64,000 nt of DNA. It comes from Promethearchaeota archaeon. Its GTDB lineage: Archaea; Asgardarchaeota; Lokiarchaeia; Sigyniarchaeales; SOKP01. Below are positions 49,619 to 59,602 of the stretch, one piece after another. The stretch is from assembly GCA_048938005.1 (NCBI GenBank), contig JBHLMQ010000008.1:43224-107223 (forward strand). Reading direction: 5' to 3'. Position numbers and translations under genes: made by a program. The notes beneath the pieces were generated by a model. That model was given only the letters and a program-made list of their open reading frames with translations, made no database searches and was not told where the DNA came from. Each line of letters begins with the position of its first letter. Position 1 is the first letter of the stretch.

Positions 49619-49753
49619 GCAGTTCTCAATATTCTTTTAATTTAATATTGTTTTTTGAGTATAATCTTTCAAAAATGAATACGTAGATAAACTTTTTTAC
49701 AAATTTTCAATTATAGAACTGAAAGTAATTTATCTATAATAATTGAATTAAAA

Positions 49754-50404
49754 ATGACATTGGAAGAAAACATAAAGGAAGCAATAATCGAGTGGAATGA
49801 AGAAGGTTTAAAGGAAATATGTAACGTTGCTATTAAAAATAAAGAAGTCACACCAGCAGAATTGTTAAAAATAATTGGGAGAATCATGCAATTCGTAGGG
49901 AAACAATTCGAGGATGAGGAAATATTTCTTCCTGATTTGGTTGGTTCTGCAAATGTTGTCAAAAACACAATTGATGAAATTCTGGATCCTGCGATTAGAG
50001 AGTCAGGTGAAATTAAAGAAACTCTCGGTAAGGTTGTCATCGGCACTGTTGAAGGCGATGTCCACAGTATAGGGAAAGATCTTGTAGGAAGTTTTCTTTT
50101 TTCTAATGGTTTTGAAGTATTTAATTTAGGTGAGGAGGTTCCCGCTTCTGATTTTGTTGATAAGGCAGAAGAAGTTAGTGCTCATATTATAGGGCTCTCG
50201 TCTCTATTAACAATGTCGATGGGTTTTCAGCGGGAGGTTATAAATGAACTTAAGAATCGTGGTTTAAGGGATAAGTATAAGGTTATTTTAGGAGGTTCAC
50301 CAACATCAAATGAATGGGCTGAAGAAATTGGAGCTGATGGATGGGCTGATGATGCAATTGAAGCGGTCGTTCTAGTGAAAAAATTACTTGGAGTTAATAA
50401 ATAG
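49754..50404 (+). CDS. Corrinoid protein (MttC-like)
   Basis: 'GTVEGDVHSIGKDLV', 'GLSSLLT', 'ILGG'. Confidence 0.92.
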   Translation: MTLEENIKEAIIEWNEEGLKEICNVAIKNKEVTPAELLKIIGRIMQFVGKQFEDEEIFLPDLVGSANVVKNTIDEILDPAIRESGEIKETLGKVVIGTVEGDVHSIGKDLVGSFLFSNGFEVFNLGEEVPASDFVDKAEEVSAHIIGLSSLLTMSMGFQREVINELKNRGLRDKYKVILGGSPTSNEWAEEIGADGWADDAIEAVVLVKKLLGVNK

Positions 50405-50418
50405 CGGAGGAAAATGAA

Positions 50419-51945
50419 ATGAGATTAAAAAAAATTAAAGTCCTTTCTAATGATGAAATACAAGCTATACACTCTGCATCTATTGAACTTCTATCTAAGG
50501 TAGGAATTAAAATAGATTCTCCTTCAGCAAGAAATTTATTTAAGGAAAATGGTGCTGAAGTTAGCGATAATGATCTTTTTATTAGGATCCCAGAATCTTT
50601 GATAAAAGAAAAATTAAAAGAAGTTCCAAATTCATTTAAATTGCATGGACCTGATGGTAAATTTAATTTTGAAGTGAATACAACATCCACACAGTTTGCT
50701 ACTATTGGAACACCTGTAAAAATTTATGATCCAAGTAAAAAAAGTGGCATCAGAAAAACTGTATTAGATGATACGATAAAGCAAATTAGGATTGTAGACT
50801 CCTTAAAAAACATAAATTGTTCTCATTTAGATGTATGGCCTAATGATGTTAACTATCTCTCCCTTCATGTTCATTGTATTTATCAATGGGTTCATAATAC
50901 CCGTAAGCCATATGGTCTTGGTTGTTGGGGAAGGGTAGTAAGTCAAGATGTAATAAATATGGCATCTATTATTGTGGGAAGTGAGGATGAGCTAATTAAA
51001 AATGCTCGATTTGTAGGTTTCATGAATCCTACCTCTCCACTACATCTACCCCAATTAATGACGAACGGTCTTGAAATTTTTGCAAAATATAACCAACCTA
51101 CAATAATCGCTCCAGAAGCTCTTGCTGGGGCAACAGCACCTGTAACTATGGCAGGACTTTTAACTCAAATTAATGCTGAGATTATTGGAGGAATAATTCT
51201 CACACAAATTTATAAATCTGGAGCACCAGTATTTTTTGGAACGGTTTCTACTATAACGGACATGAAATCTGGAAATGCTGCCTTAGGCTCGATTGAAACT
51301 GGACTTATTACTACCGCAATTGCGCAAATGGCTCGATTTTATAACATACCGTCGAGAGGACCTGGTGGGATTACAGATTCAAAAGTACTTGATGTCCAGT
51401 GTGGCTTCGAACGATTACAAACATTATTAGTAGCAGCTCAAGCTGGGATAAATTATATCACTTGCGCAGGAACTTACGAAGAAACTCTGGTAGAATCGTT
51501 AGAACTCCTTGTAATTGATGATGAGTTAGTTGATATAGTAAAACGTTTACTTGAAGGAATTAGTGTAGATGAAGACACAATTGCGCTAGATGTTATAAAG
51601 AAAGTAGCTTCAAGCCCAAAAAAAGGAGTAAATTATCTCGGCGAAGCACACACCCGCAAATATATGCGAGAAGAACTATTCATTCCTTCCTTAATTGACA
51701 GAAATAGACGTTCAACATGGCGTAAAAAAGGGGCAAAAGATATTATTGGGAGAGCGGGAGAAAAAGTAAAACAAATCCTTCAATCATTTATTCCACCAGA
51801 GTTAGACAAGGGAATTGAGAATGAGCTTTTAGATTATATTAAAGAAGTTGAAAAAAGAACATTAGAGTATTATAAGAAGGCAGAAGGTATATCGGCAGGG
51901 AAGGTATCTCTTCCAGGCACTGAAATATCCATTAATGATCAGTAG
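50419..51945 (+). CDS. MttB-superfamily methyltransferase, non-pyrrolysine type
   Basis: 'SPLHL', 'GATAPVTMAG', 'AQMARFYNIPSR', 'DSKVLDVQCGFE'. No in-frame TAG. Confidence 0.9.
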   Translation: MRLKKIKVLSNDEIQAIHSASIELLSKVGIKIDSPSARNLFKENGAEVSDNDLFIRIPESLIKEKLKEVPNSFKLHGPDGKFNFEVNTTSTQFATIGTPVKIYDPSKKSGIRKTVLDDTIKQIRIVDSLKNINCSHLDVWPNDVNYLSLHVHCIYQWVHNTRKPYGLGCWGRVVSQDVINMASIIVGSEDELIKNARFVGFMNPTSPLHLPQLMTNGLEIFAKYNQPTIIAPEALAGATAPVTMAGLLTQINAEIIGGIILTQIYKSGAPVFFGTVSTITDMKSGNAALGSIETGLITTAIAQMARFYNIPSRGPGGITDSKVLDVQCGFERLQTLLVAAQAGINYITCAGTYEETLVESLELLVIDDELVDIVKRLLEGISVDEDTIALDVIKKVASSPKKGVNYLGEAHTRKYMREELFIPSLIDRNRRSTWRKKGAKDIIGRAGEKVKQILQSFIPPELDKGIENELLDYIKEVEKRTLEYYKKAEGISAGKVSLPGTEISINDQ

Positions 51946-52654
51946 ATTTATTTCTTTTCTTCTTTAATTTATTGAAGATCTCAATAAAATTTACTCTTAA
52001 CATGAGATATACGGTAATTACTGTGAAATATAAAGTAACTATACTAAAAATCCAATTTTCTCCCCCAAGAAAAATACAAATATTAAGTAAATTATAAGCA
52101 AAAATAAGCATTAATCCTAATTTTCCTAACCATATCCAAAAAATTGTTTTTTTAGCATCATACTTTATCAATCCTAATGGAACCGTTATCATATCGTCAT
52201 TTAATGGCGTAACACCAAAGATAAAAATAAGTAGCGGAGCAATTTTTGGATGATCTACTAAATATTGCTGATATTTTTTTAAATTTTCTTTTCGATCGAT
52301 AGAAATTACTTCTGAAGCACCTCTACCAACAAGGTAGCCACCCATTTCCCCAACTAAGCAACCCATTGAAGCAATAAAACCAACTAAAAGGGGAATAAAA
52401 ATGTTCATTTGTCGAAAAGGTTGGGAACTAAAACATACTACAAAAGTATAAGGAGTAGGGATTGGGAGTAGATTTCCAATCATACAGACCCAAAAAGTGA
52501 TAAGAAGACCAGAACCTAAATCCTGAAAAGATCCATATCTCGAAATATTTTCTATAGCTTCTCTATGTGATGCATTTAATAAAAGATCCAATGAGAGAAT
52601 TGTTAGAATCACTAACAAAATAATAAAAACAATATCGATCTTTTTAAGTTTCAA
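51932..52654 (-). CDS. DedA/VTT-family membrane protein
   Basis: 'GCLVGEMGGYLVGRG', 'FGVTPLNDDMITVPLGL'. Confidence 0.75.
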   Translation of the reverse strand: MKLKKIDIVFIILLVILTILSLDLLLNASHREAIENISRYGSFQDLGSGLLITFWVCMIGNLLPIPTPYTFVVCFSSQPFRQMNIFIPLLVGFIASMGCLVGEMGGYLVGRGASEVISIDRKENLKKYQQYLVDHPKIAPLLIFIFGVTPLNDDMITVPLGLIKYDAKKTIFWIWLGKLGLMLIFAYNLLNICIFLGGENWIFSIVTLYFTVITVYLMLRVNFIEIFNKLKKKRNKSTDH

Positions 52655-52910
52655 ATTAAATCTTAGATTGTTTATGATAATTTGGGTAAACGATTTAAAA
52701 TTATATAGTTAATGATTCAAGCGTATTTTAAGGCATTCAAAATGTTATTAAAATTATACTTATTACTATACTAACAAAAAGAACAAGAATTATAATTAAA
52801 CCAAGCCATTTTCTTTTAATATTCCTTTTTATAACTGCCTTGCGTTGTTGAGATGGGTTGCGTCTAACATGAGACATTGTATTCAACTTCAGGAAGAATT
52901 AATATTAAAT

Positions 52911-53606
52911 TTAATTATTTTTCCTATCAATTTTCTGCAATAGTTCGGTTAAAACAACATTATTGAATGAAAATAGCATCCTTGGGATATATTTATCAGC
53001 TAAATATGGCCCATCATCAACATCTTCTTGTAAAGGAAAGAGTTTTTTCTCTTTTATCACAGAATCTAAATAATTTCTATCATATTCCTTATAACCAAAT
53101 ATTTTATTTTTAACTATAACCATTTTTCTTTCATATCCTTCAGGCACACCGGCTTTTTCAAGAAGCAAAAGTATCTTTTCTCTAGATAAAGATTCAATTA
53201 ATTCCAAATCTTGCTCAGTTCCTTCATAAGTAGGTCCTGTTTGGACTTCTGTGTAATCAATTTCTTCCTCGAAACCAGCAGCTATTTTGAAACCTAACGT
53301 TTCATTACCCTCATCCACAGCTGCTATTTTAAAACCTATTCCATATCTATCTCTAATACTAGGTGCTAATTTAGCAGCAATAAATTTCATTCGTGTTGTT
53401 GTATTGCTTCCATGCCATATCCACACACGGTATCTCTTAAAATCAACAAAAAGTAGAACGAAATCTGGATCTAATAATTCTTGTATTTGAATATCTTCTC
53501 CTAATTCTAGTTCTTGAAATTCACCAAGTTTATCATTATATTGAAAGACAATAATTTTCTCTTTTTCTAGATCTGGTATAGATTCATCTGACATGATGTT
53601 GGACAA
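52911..53606 (-). CDS. Gelsolin-like domain protein with C-terminal extension (Asgard type)
   Basis: 'LDPDFVLLFVD...VWIWHGSNTT...VDEGNET..F' gelsolin core. Confidence 0.78.
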   Translation of the reverse strand: MSNIMSDESIPDLEKEKIIVFQYNDKLGEFQELELGEDIQIQELLDPDFVLLFVDFKRYRVWIWHGSNTTTRMKFIAAKLAPSIRDRYGIGFKIAAVDEGNETLGFKIAAGFEEEIDYTEVQTGPTYEGTEQDLELIESLSREKILLLLEKAGVPEGYERKMVIVKNKIFGYKEYDRNYLDSVIKEKKLFPLQEDVDDGPYLADKYIPRMLFSFNNVVLTELLQKIDRKNN

Positions 53607-53671
53607 ATAATTGTTTATATATTACTATATAATTTTACTAATATATTATTATTTTGACTTCAAACATAAAG

Positions 53672-53831
53672 TGCGGGAAGGGAGATTTGAACTCCCGAAC
53701 TCCTACGAGAATGGGTATCTCCAATTAGAATATCTATGGCACTATAAACTTTTAATGATCTGAGCCCATCGCCTATGATCGACTTTTTATCAAGCTCGTA
53801 TTAGCCATTGACCAAACTTGGCAATTCCCGC
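53672..53831 (-). tRNA. tRNA-Leu(CAG) with two introns (D-arm 53807..53775; canonical 37/38 53758..53717)
   Basis: Acceptor stem GCGGGAA/TTCCCGC, D stem GCC/GGC, anticodon arm ATGGG-CTCAGAA-CCCAT after splicing, long variable arm, GTTCAAATC T-loop. Confidence 0.93.
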
Positions 53832-53938
53832 AAAGTTTATCTATTTAATCCTAATTACTTATCTGTTTAACTATCAATTATTTAAAATTCCTAAAAATTT
53901 TAACGATTTTTATAAAGTATAATTATTTATACTGAATA

Positions 53939-54565
53939 ATGCAAGAACTCTTAGATAAAATACAGAATCTTAAAGCTAGCACCGTTAAAAATCGTATTAA
54001 TTCTAGGTTAGCTGAATTTAGTGAGATTAAAAATCAAGATATAAGTTTAATATTTAGAGAACTTTGTTTTTGTATTATGACTGCTAACTGTAGTGCTGCG
54101 AAATGTATTGAGATACACGAGCATATTGGAGAGACTTTTCTCTCGTTTTCTGAAATACAATTAGCAAATAAATTCAAGGAGTTAGGGTATCGATTTCCAA
54201 ATGTGAGATCTAGGTTTATAATTGAAGCAAGAAACAAAATTTCTCAATTAGAAAATGTAATTAAAGATGCCAACAATGGAATAAATGTAAGAGAATGGAT
54301 TGTTAAGAACATAAAAGGTATTGGTTATAAGGAAGCCAGTCATTTCTTAAGGAATATTGGGTATAATGATTACGCTATTATTGACTTTCATATAATTGAT
54401 CTCCTAGTTAATTATGATCTAATTCAAAAACCAAAAACTATAACAAAATCTAAATATCTTGAAATTGAAGAATCTTTAAAAGATATCGGAGAAAAGCTTA
54501 AATTAAATTTAGCTGAATTAGATTTATATCTTTGGTATTTGGAAACAGGAAAAGTTCTTAAATAA
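53939..54565 (+). CDS. ogg: 8-oxoguanine DNA glycosylase/AP lyase (archaeal Ogg2 type)
   Basis: 'ELCFCIMTAN', 'GYRFPN', 'KGIGYKEASHFLRNIG', 'AIIDFHI', C-terminal 'TGKVLK'. Confidence 0.93.
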   Translation: MQELLDKIQNLKASTVKNRINSRLAEFSEIKNQDISLIFRELCFCIMTANCSAAKCIEIHEHIGETFLSFSEIQLANKFKELGYRFPNVRSRFIIEARNKISQLENVIKDANNGINVREWIVKNIKGIGYKEASHFLRNIGYNDYAIIDFHIIDLLVNYDLIQKPKTITKSKYLEIEESLKDIGEKLKLNLAELDLYLWYLETGKVLK

Positions 54566-54585
54566 ATGAATTATTTAAAAATCCA

Positions 54586-55305
54586 ATGGAGAATGAAATA
54601 TCAATTAATAATAATAAAGGATTTGAAATGGAACCTACTTGTCATAAATGCAATAGCATTAATTATTGCATTCTTGGAAAACCAAACAAAAATATGCAAA
54701 ATTGTCCTATGATAATGAGCCCTGAAATCGAAAGAGAGGCGATTGATCTTTATAAAACTAACGAATTCATAAAAAAAACCACAAAGATAGCATCTATCGT
54801 AGAAGCATCAGGATATATTCATTGGCCTCGTTTAAAAGACACTATAGAATTTGCACGAAGAATGGGATTTAAAAAATTAGGATTAGCTTTTTGTATTGGT
54901 TTGAGAAAAGAAGCTGGAAGAACTGCTGAAATCCTAAATAAATATGGATTTGAAGTATGTTCAGTTTGTTGCAAAACTGGAGGAGTTAAAAAAACAGAAC
55001 TTGAGGTTCCTGAGGAATTTACAATGTTTTCGAAGACTGGATATCCCATTGGCTTTATCTCATGTAATCCTATTGCTCAAGCGCTACTATTAAATAAAGC
55101 TAAAACAGATATGAATATTATTATAGGCTTGTGTGTAGGACACGACATTACATTTACCCAGCTTTCAAATGCTCCAGTTACTACTTTAATTGCGAAAGAT
55201 CGATCACATCCTCATAATCCCGCAGCAATTTTATATTCTCATTATGGTGATTCTTACTTTTCTAATGATTTAAAAAAACTCTTAAAAGAAAAAAAATTAA
55301 AGTGA
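54586..55305 (+). CDS. DUF1847 Cys-rich metal-binding protein
   Basis: 'GLAFCIGL', 'SVCCKTG', 'CNPIAQA', 'GLCVGHD', 'AKDR..HNP'. Confidence 0.85.
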   Translation: MENEISINNNKGFEMEPTCHKCNSINYCILGKPNKNMQNCPMIMSPEIEREAIDLYKTNEFIKKTTKIASIVEASGYIHWPRLKDTIEFARRMGFKKLGLAFCIGLRKEAGRTAEILNKYGFEVCSVCCKTGGVKKTELEVPEEFTMFSKTGYPIGFISCNPIAQALLLNKAKTDMNIIIGLCVGHDITFTQLSNAPVTTLIAKDRSHPHNPAAILYSHYGDSYFSNDLKKLLKEKKLK

Positions 55306-55404
55306 ATTTATATCATTTTATTTGCATTTTGTCAAAAATCAAGTAAATTTAAATATTAAAGTATGAAATTCAAAATTAGTAATTAAAACATAAAGAACCG
55401 AATT

Positions 55405-57258
55405 ATGCCAAGATACCCAAATAAGGTCATGGAATTAGTTAAAGAGCTTCCTGAGGGACATTCTGGATTAAAAAAGTTAATTAAGAAAAATTATCAGAGA
55501 ATAAATTTTGAGAAATTAAAGGTTTTTGATCTAACAAGTGAAGAAATACAGAATTTTTATAAACTAGTTATTGAAGAGATTCTTTCACCAAATTCAGAAG
55601 CTTTAAAGTTGCTTAAAAATTTGATTGCGATAAATACAGAGGTAGAGAGTAATATTGATATAAAGACCATTAAAACAGCTTATAAATTGCCAAATATAGA
55701 GAAAGCCTTCAATGAGTTAGTTGATACAAGAATAATAAAAAAAAAAGAAGGTAAAGAGGACACATATGATTTCACATTTCCCGAAATTCAAGATGCTTTA
55801 GATATCCTAATTGATGAAAACTGCCATGAAAACGCTTTAAAATATTATGAAAAAAAGATAAAAAAATTTGGAGATAATATTTTTGATGAAATTGAGGTTC
55901 TTTATCATAAGGCAAAAATAAGACCAACTGAAGAATTAGTTAAAGAATTTTTAGCAATTGCCAATAGTATAGAACAATTTGATTACGGACATAAAAGATT
56001 AATTAATGTTGCAGAAGAATTATTGATCCTTGAAGATAAATATAAAGCACCAATTCTAATCGTGCTTGGAAGTATCTTCTCCGTTATAGGAGATTCTGAA
56101 GATGCCGAGAGAATCTACCTTAATGCTTTAGAACTTTATAAAAAGCTGGCTAAGCAATATTATAGGATATATTTACCTTATATTGCTGCGACTCAAAAAA
56201 ACCTCGGAACCTTATATATAGATTTAAAACGGTTTGAAGAGGCAGAAAAGTTATATAGCGAAGCATTAAGTTCATATAAAGAGTTAGAAAGACATTATTA
56301 TGATGTTCATTCATCTGACTTTCATTTAGAAGAGTATAATGGTCTAGAAAAATCATATACTGATGATTTAAGGGCATACAATGAGATATTAAAAAAATAT
56401 TATGATATATATTTACCTGAGGAACCCTCAATTGAAGGTGATTTTGGTAATATACATATTGATTTAGACTTATTAGAGGATATTAAAGATGGAACCATTG
56501 ATTCTATGGACAGTTTTAAAACGTTAGCAAAGATGTCTTATGATATGTATTTAATCGATATTGCTAAAACACAAAGTAATCTAGGGTTAATTTATAGTGA
56601 ATTACAGAAATTTGAGGATGCAGAACGGATGCACCTTGAAGCGTTAAAAATTAAAAAAAATTTAGCTGAACATTATCCAAATCAGGTTTTACCTGAGTTA
56701 GTCCTTACTCTATTGGATCTTGGAGATTTATATGCAACTTTGAATAAATTTGAGGATGCAGAGCCAATGTTCAATGAAGCATTAAAAATTTCTAAACAAT
56801 TAGCAGAACAAAATCCAGAAGTATACATGTACAATATTGCTATTATTCAAAATTCACTCGGTACCATATACACTAGATTACAGAAATTTGAAGAAGCGGA
56901 ACAAATGTACCTTGAGGCACTAAAGATCTTTAAAAAGTTTGCAAACCAAGACCGTAAAACCTATTTATACAACGTTGCTGATGTTCAAAACAATCTTGGG
57001 AACTTATTTCTGACGCAGAGGAATCTTGAACAAGCCGAGTATTATCTTAATAATGCAATCAAGAAAGATCCCACAAATATTAATATACTATATAATATCG
57101 CATGCCTTGAATCACTAAGAAATAATCAAGTAAAAGCATTGGAATTATTATCAAAAGCAATAGAGATTGATAAAGGTTTTATTGAAAGGGCAATATTGGA
57201 TGAAAAACTTGAAAATATAAAAGATTTAGAAGAATTTAAAAAGTTAACTAGTGAATGA
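55405..57258 (+). CDS. Tetratricopeptide repeat protein
   Basis: Repeated 'IAxTQxNLGxxYxxLxxFEEAExxYxEAL' units; terminal 'YNIAC' TPR. Confidence 0.88.
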   Translation: MPRYPNKVMELVKELPEGHSGLKKLIKKNYQRINFEKLKVFDLTSEEIQNFYKLVIEEILSPNSEALKLLKNLIAINTEVESNIDIKTIKTAYKLPNIEKAFNELVDTRIIKKKEGKEDTYDFTFPEIQDALDILIDENCHENALKYYEKKIKKFGDNIFDEIEVLYHKAKIRPTEELVKEFLAIANSIEQFDYGHKRLINVAEELLILEDKYKAPILIVLGSIFSVIGDSEDAERIYLNALELYKKLAKQYYRIYLPYIAATQKNLGTLYIDLKRFEEAEKLYSEALSSYKELERHYYDVHSSDFHLEEYNGLEKSYTDDLRAYNEILKKYYDIYLPEEPSIEGDFGNIHIDLDLLEDIKDGTIDSMDSFKTLAKMSYDMYLIDIAKTQSNLGLIYSELQKFEDAERMHLEALKIKKNLAEHYPNQVLPELVLTLLDLGDLYATLNKFEDAEPMFNEALKISKQLAEQNPEVYMYNIAIIQNSLGTIYTRLQKFEEAEQMYLEALKIFKKFANQDRKTYLYNVADVQNNLGNLFLTQRNLEQAEYYLNNAIKKDPTNINILYNIACLESLRNNQVKALELLSKAIEIDKGFIERAILDEKLENIKDLEEFKKLTSE

Positions 57259-57394
57259 AATATTTAAGAAGTTTTTCTTAGTTTTATAATCCTTAATAAG
57301 AATAACTATTTTCAAATTTCTATCCAATATTTTTAAATAAATTGAAAATTTATGAATTTTAATATTAAAGCAAAATCAGAATGGGAGAAATCAT

Positions 57395-58552
57395 TTGTCA
57401 TTAAATAAAATCCAAATTCCCATTATCTATCACGGAAAAGATTCATTAAAGGAATTAAAAAAGATAAAAGAACAGAAAATATTAATTGTTACTGACAAAA
57501 TGATTAAAAGTCTTCATGCAGAATTAATTCTAAAATATCTTAAGAAAAAAGAATGCATTTTTTTTGATAATGTTGAGCCAAATCCAAACGATTTAATGAT
57601 TATGAAGGGTAATGAAATTGCTTTTGATTTTAATCCAGATTTAATAATTGGATTTGGTGGAGGTTCTGTCATGGATACAGCAAAAATGATTTACTTTCTT
57701 TATGAGACTGAAAAAAATTCAGTATATGAATGTAATCCGGTAACATCCTATAACCTTGGTCAGAAATCAAGATTAATATTGATTCCAACTACTTCTGGAA
57801 CTGGCGCCGAACATACACCTGCTTCAATAATAACTAATTCAGAGACGGGTCAAAAAACAACAATCGCTTCAGGTGAAATTATTCCCTCAACAGTATTTTT
57901 AGATTCTAGATTACCGCTTTTAATGCCACCAAAATTAACAATATCGACTGGTCTAGATGCCTTGGTTCATGCAATTGAAGGTATAACTAGTAAAATGAGG
58001 TCTGATTTTAGTGATGCGATGAATTTCCATGCGATAAGATTATTAACTAAATTCTTGCCTCAAGTTCTTAAAGAAAATGAAAAAGATATTTTTATCCGAG
58101 AAAGATTACATAATGCTGCTTCAATCGCAGGAATAGGAATGGGAAATTCAAGTTGTGGTCTTGCTCACTCTTGTGGGCATGCATTAGGCGCTCTTCATAC
58201 AATACAGCATGGTATAGCTGTTGGAATAATGCTACCCTATACAATAGAATTCAACAAATCCAAGTGTGCTGAAAACTATGAGGAAATTCTGAATTGCATT
58301 AATATATCAGGTTATAATGATCCAACTTCAGAATTAGCTTATTTTCTTAGAATATTTCTAAAAGAAATTAATATCCCTGTTCTGCTAAAAGAAATAATAT
58401 CTAATGAAATGGATTGGAACCAAAAATTGGAGAAATTGATATCATTTGCTAAAAAAGACATCTTAACTCCATTTAATCCCAGATTTGTAAGCGAAGATGA
58501 GTTTAAAAAAATCTTTGCATATGCATATATAGGAAAACCTGTAGACTTCTAA
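57395..58552 (+). CDS. Iron-containing alcohol dehydrogenase
   Basis: 'GGGSVMDTAK', 'PTTSGTGAE', 'DALVHAIE', 'HSCGH...HG'. Confidence 0.92.
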   Translation: MSLNKIQIPIIYHGKDSLKELKKIKEQKILIVTDKMIKSLHAELILKYLKKKECIFFDNVEPNPNDLMIMKGNEIAFDFNPDLIIGFGGGSVMDTAKMIYFLYETEKNSVYECNPVTSYNLGQKSRLILIPTTSGTGAEHTPASIITNSETGQKTTIASGEIIPSTVFLDSRLPLLMPPKLTISTGLDALVHAIEGITSKMRSDFSDAMNFHAIRLLTKFLPQVLKENEKDIFIRERLHNAASIAGIGMGNSSCGLAHSCGHALGALHTIQHGIAVGIMLPYTIEFNKSKCAENYEEILNCINISGYNDPTSELAYFLRIFLKEINIPVLLKEIISNEMDWNQKLEKLISFAKKDILTPFNPRFVSEDEFKKIFAYAYIGKPVDF

Positions 58553-58733
58553 GTTTCATAATACAATCTTATCTTATTTAAAAGATAAAAAAAGAAATTA
58601 GATTTTTATTAAAATCGGAATATTATCTGTTTAGATAATATTTCTTTTTTATTTCATATTATTTTATATACTTTCTATCATAGGTATTAAATGTTAAAAA
58701 TATCCTAATTTTAAAAAATAGAGTGGTGAAAGA

Positions 58734-59360
58734 ATGTCCAAACAAGTAAAAGAAAGAATAAGTTGGAGTACGAAAGGTGTGTATTACGAGGCATGTGCAT
58801 CAGAAGGTCATTGCTCCTTTTATTTTGGGAGGGACAGAGAAACTCCATGTAAATTATTTCAATTATTCCATTATGAAGAAGGGAAACTAGGTGAAGTGGA
58901 TATCAGTGGAGTAATGGTAATACATGTCATTGATTTATATTCTAATAAAGCTGCAGATCTCTTGACTAAAGGTGGAGAAGGAGGATTATATATCAGTAAT
59001 AAGACTACTGAAGAACAAAGAAGATATTTAGAACCTTTTTTTATTAATAAAATCCCTGGTGGGTTAATTCTACAAAAGATTTTAGGAATCAGATATGTTG
59101 ATATTGAATTAAATCAAGAAGAAAACACATTTCAAGTTACTATGCCTTATGGAGAAATGAAATTATCTTATACCCAAGGGCTCGATGGAAAAAATCCTCA
59201 AAAGATCGAAAATTCTCCATTTGGTGTGTTCCTCTCAGATTTAAAAATCTGTAATACTCACTACTGGAAATTTAATGATTTTGGAAGAGATTGGGAGTTT
59301 AAAAATAGAAGCGGGATTATAGCTAACTTCGATGGAAAAGGAAAATCAAGAAATTTCTAA
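58734..59360 (+). CDS. DUF1326-like protein
   Basis: N-terminal 'W..KG.YYEAC....C....C', 'EEQR..L..FF' and 'W.F..RSG' pattern. Confidence 0.6.
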   Translation: MSKQVKERISWSTKGVYYEACASEGHCSFYFGRDRETPCKLFQLFHYEEGKLGEVDISGVMVIHVIDLYSNKAADLLTKGGEGGLYISNKTTEEQRRYLEPFFINKIPGGLILQKILGIRYVDIELNQEENTFQVTMPYGEMKLSYTQGLDGKNPQKIENSPFGVFLSDLKICNTHYWKFNDFGRDWEFKNRSGIIANFDGKGKSRNF

Positions 59361-59467
59361 AAATTTAATACCTTCTTTTTTTTTATTGAACCATAAATAA
59401 CTCAAAAATGATAAAAAATAGTTAAAAAATCTTATTTAAAAAATACTAAAAAGAAATTATAGACAAT

Positions 59468-59593
59468 TTACATTAATTCTAATTTATTTTGACAGTAAGG
59501 ACAATGTAGAGGTAACTCCTCATCGCAAGTTTCTAATTCTTCACTATTAAGAATATTCTTCCAAGAAATAAGTTTATCTCCCTTCATAATCAT
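59468..59593 (-). pseudogene. Short ORF or gene remnant ending in a CPYC knuckle (41 aa)
   Basis: MIMKGDKLISWKNILNSEELETCDEELPLHCPYCQNKLELM; only one CxxC, and it abuts the start of the 923-aa ORF. Confidence 0.35.
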
Positions 59594-59602
59594 ATCTCGC
59601 CC

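Noticed and set aside
50419-51945. Pyrrolysine-containing MttB
   Set aside because: ORF is continuous with no in-frame TAG.
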